A stretch of 64,000 nt of DNA from Octopus sinensis (lineage: Eukaryota). Positions 63,416 through 64,000 of this stretch are shown here, piece by piece. Under the pieces are notes generated by a model that saw only the letters and a program-made list of their open reading frames with translations, was not told the DNA's origin and did not search any database. The position numbers were made by a program, and so were the translations under genes. Each line of letters opens with the position of its first letter. Position 1 is the stretch's first letter. The DNA lies in the NCBI RefSeq assembly GCF_006345805.1, contig NC_043001.1:47616001-47680000 (forward strand), in the 5' to 3' direction.

Positions 63416-64000
63416 TGTCATTGAATTTATATTGACCCCCATCATATAATTAGTATTTTTTCCTCTTCTTTTGAATTTCTTTTTCCTAACCCTTGAACGA
63501 CAAAATGCATTATTGGCCTAGTAAGAATTTTTTTTACTTTGATAAAGTAGGACAGCAACAATACAATGATCAAAGAATGAAAGCAGGAACAAACATTATT
63601 TTTGAATATTACTTAAACATCTAGAACATGCCAAACAAAATGCTTAGTGGCGTTCTGTCCATCCTTACATTCTAAATTCAAATTTCACTGAGGTCGGTCT
63701 TGCCTTTCATCCCTTTGGGGTTGATAAAATAAGTATCTGTAGAGCACTGGAGTTGATGTAATCAACTTTACTCCTCCCTTGAAATTGCTGGCCTTGTGCC
63801 AAAATTTGAAACCAGTATTACTTAAACATCTGGGTAGAGGAATGTATAAATAAAAATTGAAAACTTCCACGGTTTTTCTTATTGTATCACAGAAAAAAGT
63901 TAGACTGATGTGTATTGGGTAAAAGTGTGCTGGATGAATTAGACATAAGTTTGATCCCGTCTTCTTGCCATCTATTATAATTTCATTCACATCAAGGATG

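Overview
AT-rich, microsatellite-dense eukaryotic genomic DNA. Its repeat families (tRNA-SINEs, RTE/Tx1/CRE/Penelope retroelements, Helitrons, mariner) suggest a coleoid cephalopod, probably Octopus; this is an inference. Three host genes can be assembled from splice signals and reading phase. (1) A + strand gene of at least nine exons (10027-27971) encodes an uncharacterised type-I membrane protein with a tandemly duplicated 12-Cys ectodomain and two PY motifs. (2) The mitochondrial release factor MTRF1L (- strand, 7 coding exons, 33496-50864, 457 aa) has intact PKT and GGQ motifs. (3) An intronless four-TM ORF lies at 59246-59797 (+). Almost all other ORF-track calls are transposon fragments or microsatellite artefacts. 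The most interesting non-coding signals are a minimal Penelope-type hammerhead ribozyme in sense orientation inside an MTRF1L intron, inverted RTE copies bracketing the PKT exon, a higher-order tandem array that cleanly splits a Tx1-like LINE, a LINE/SINE shared 3' tail, and several fold-back elements.
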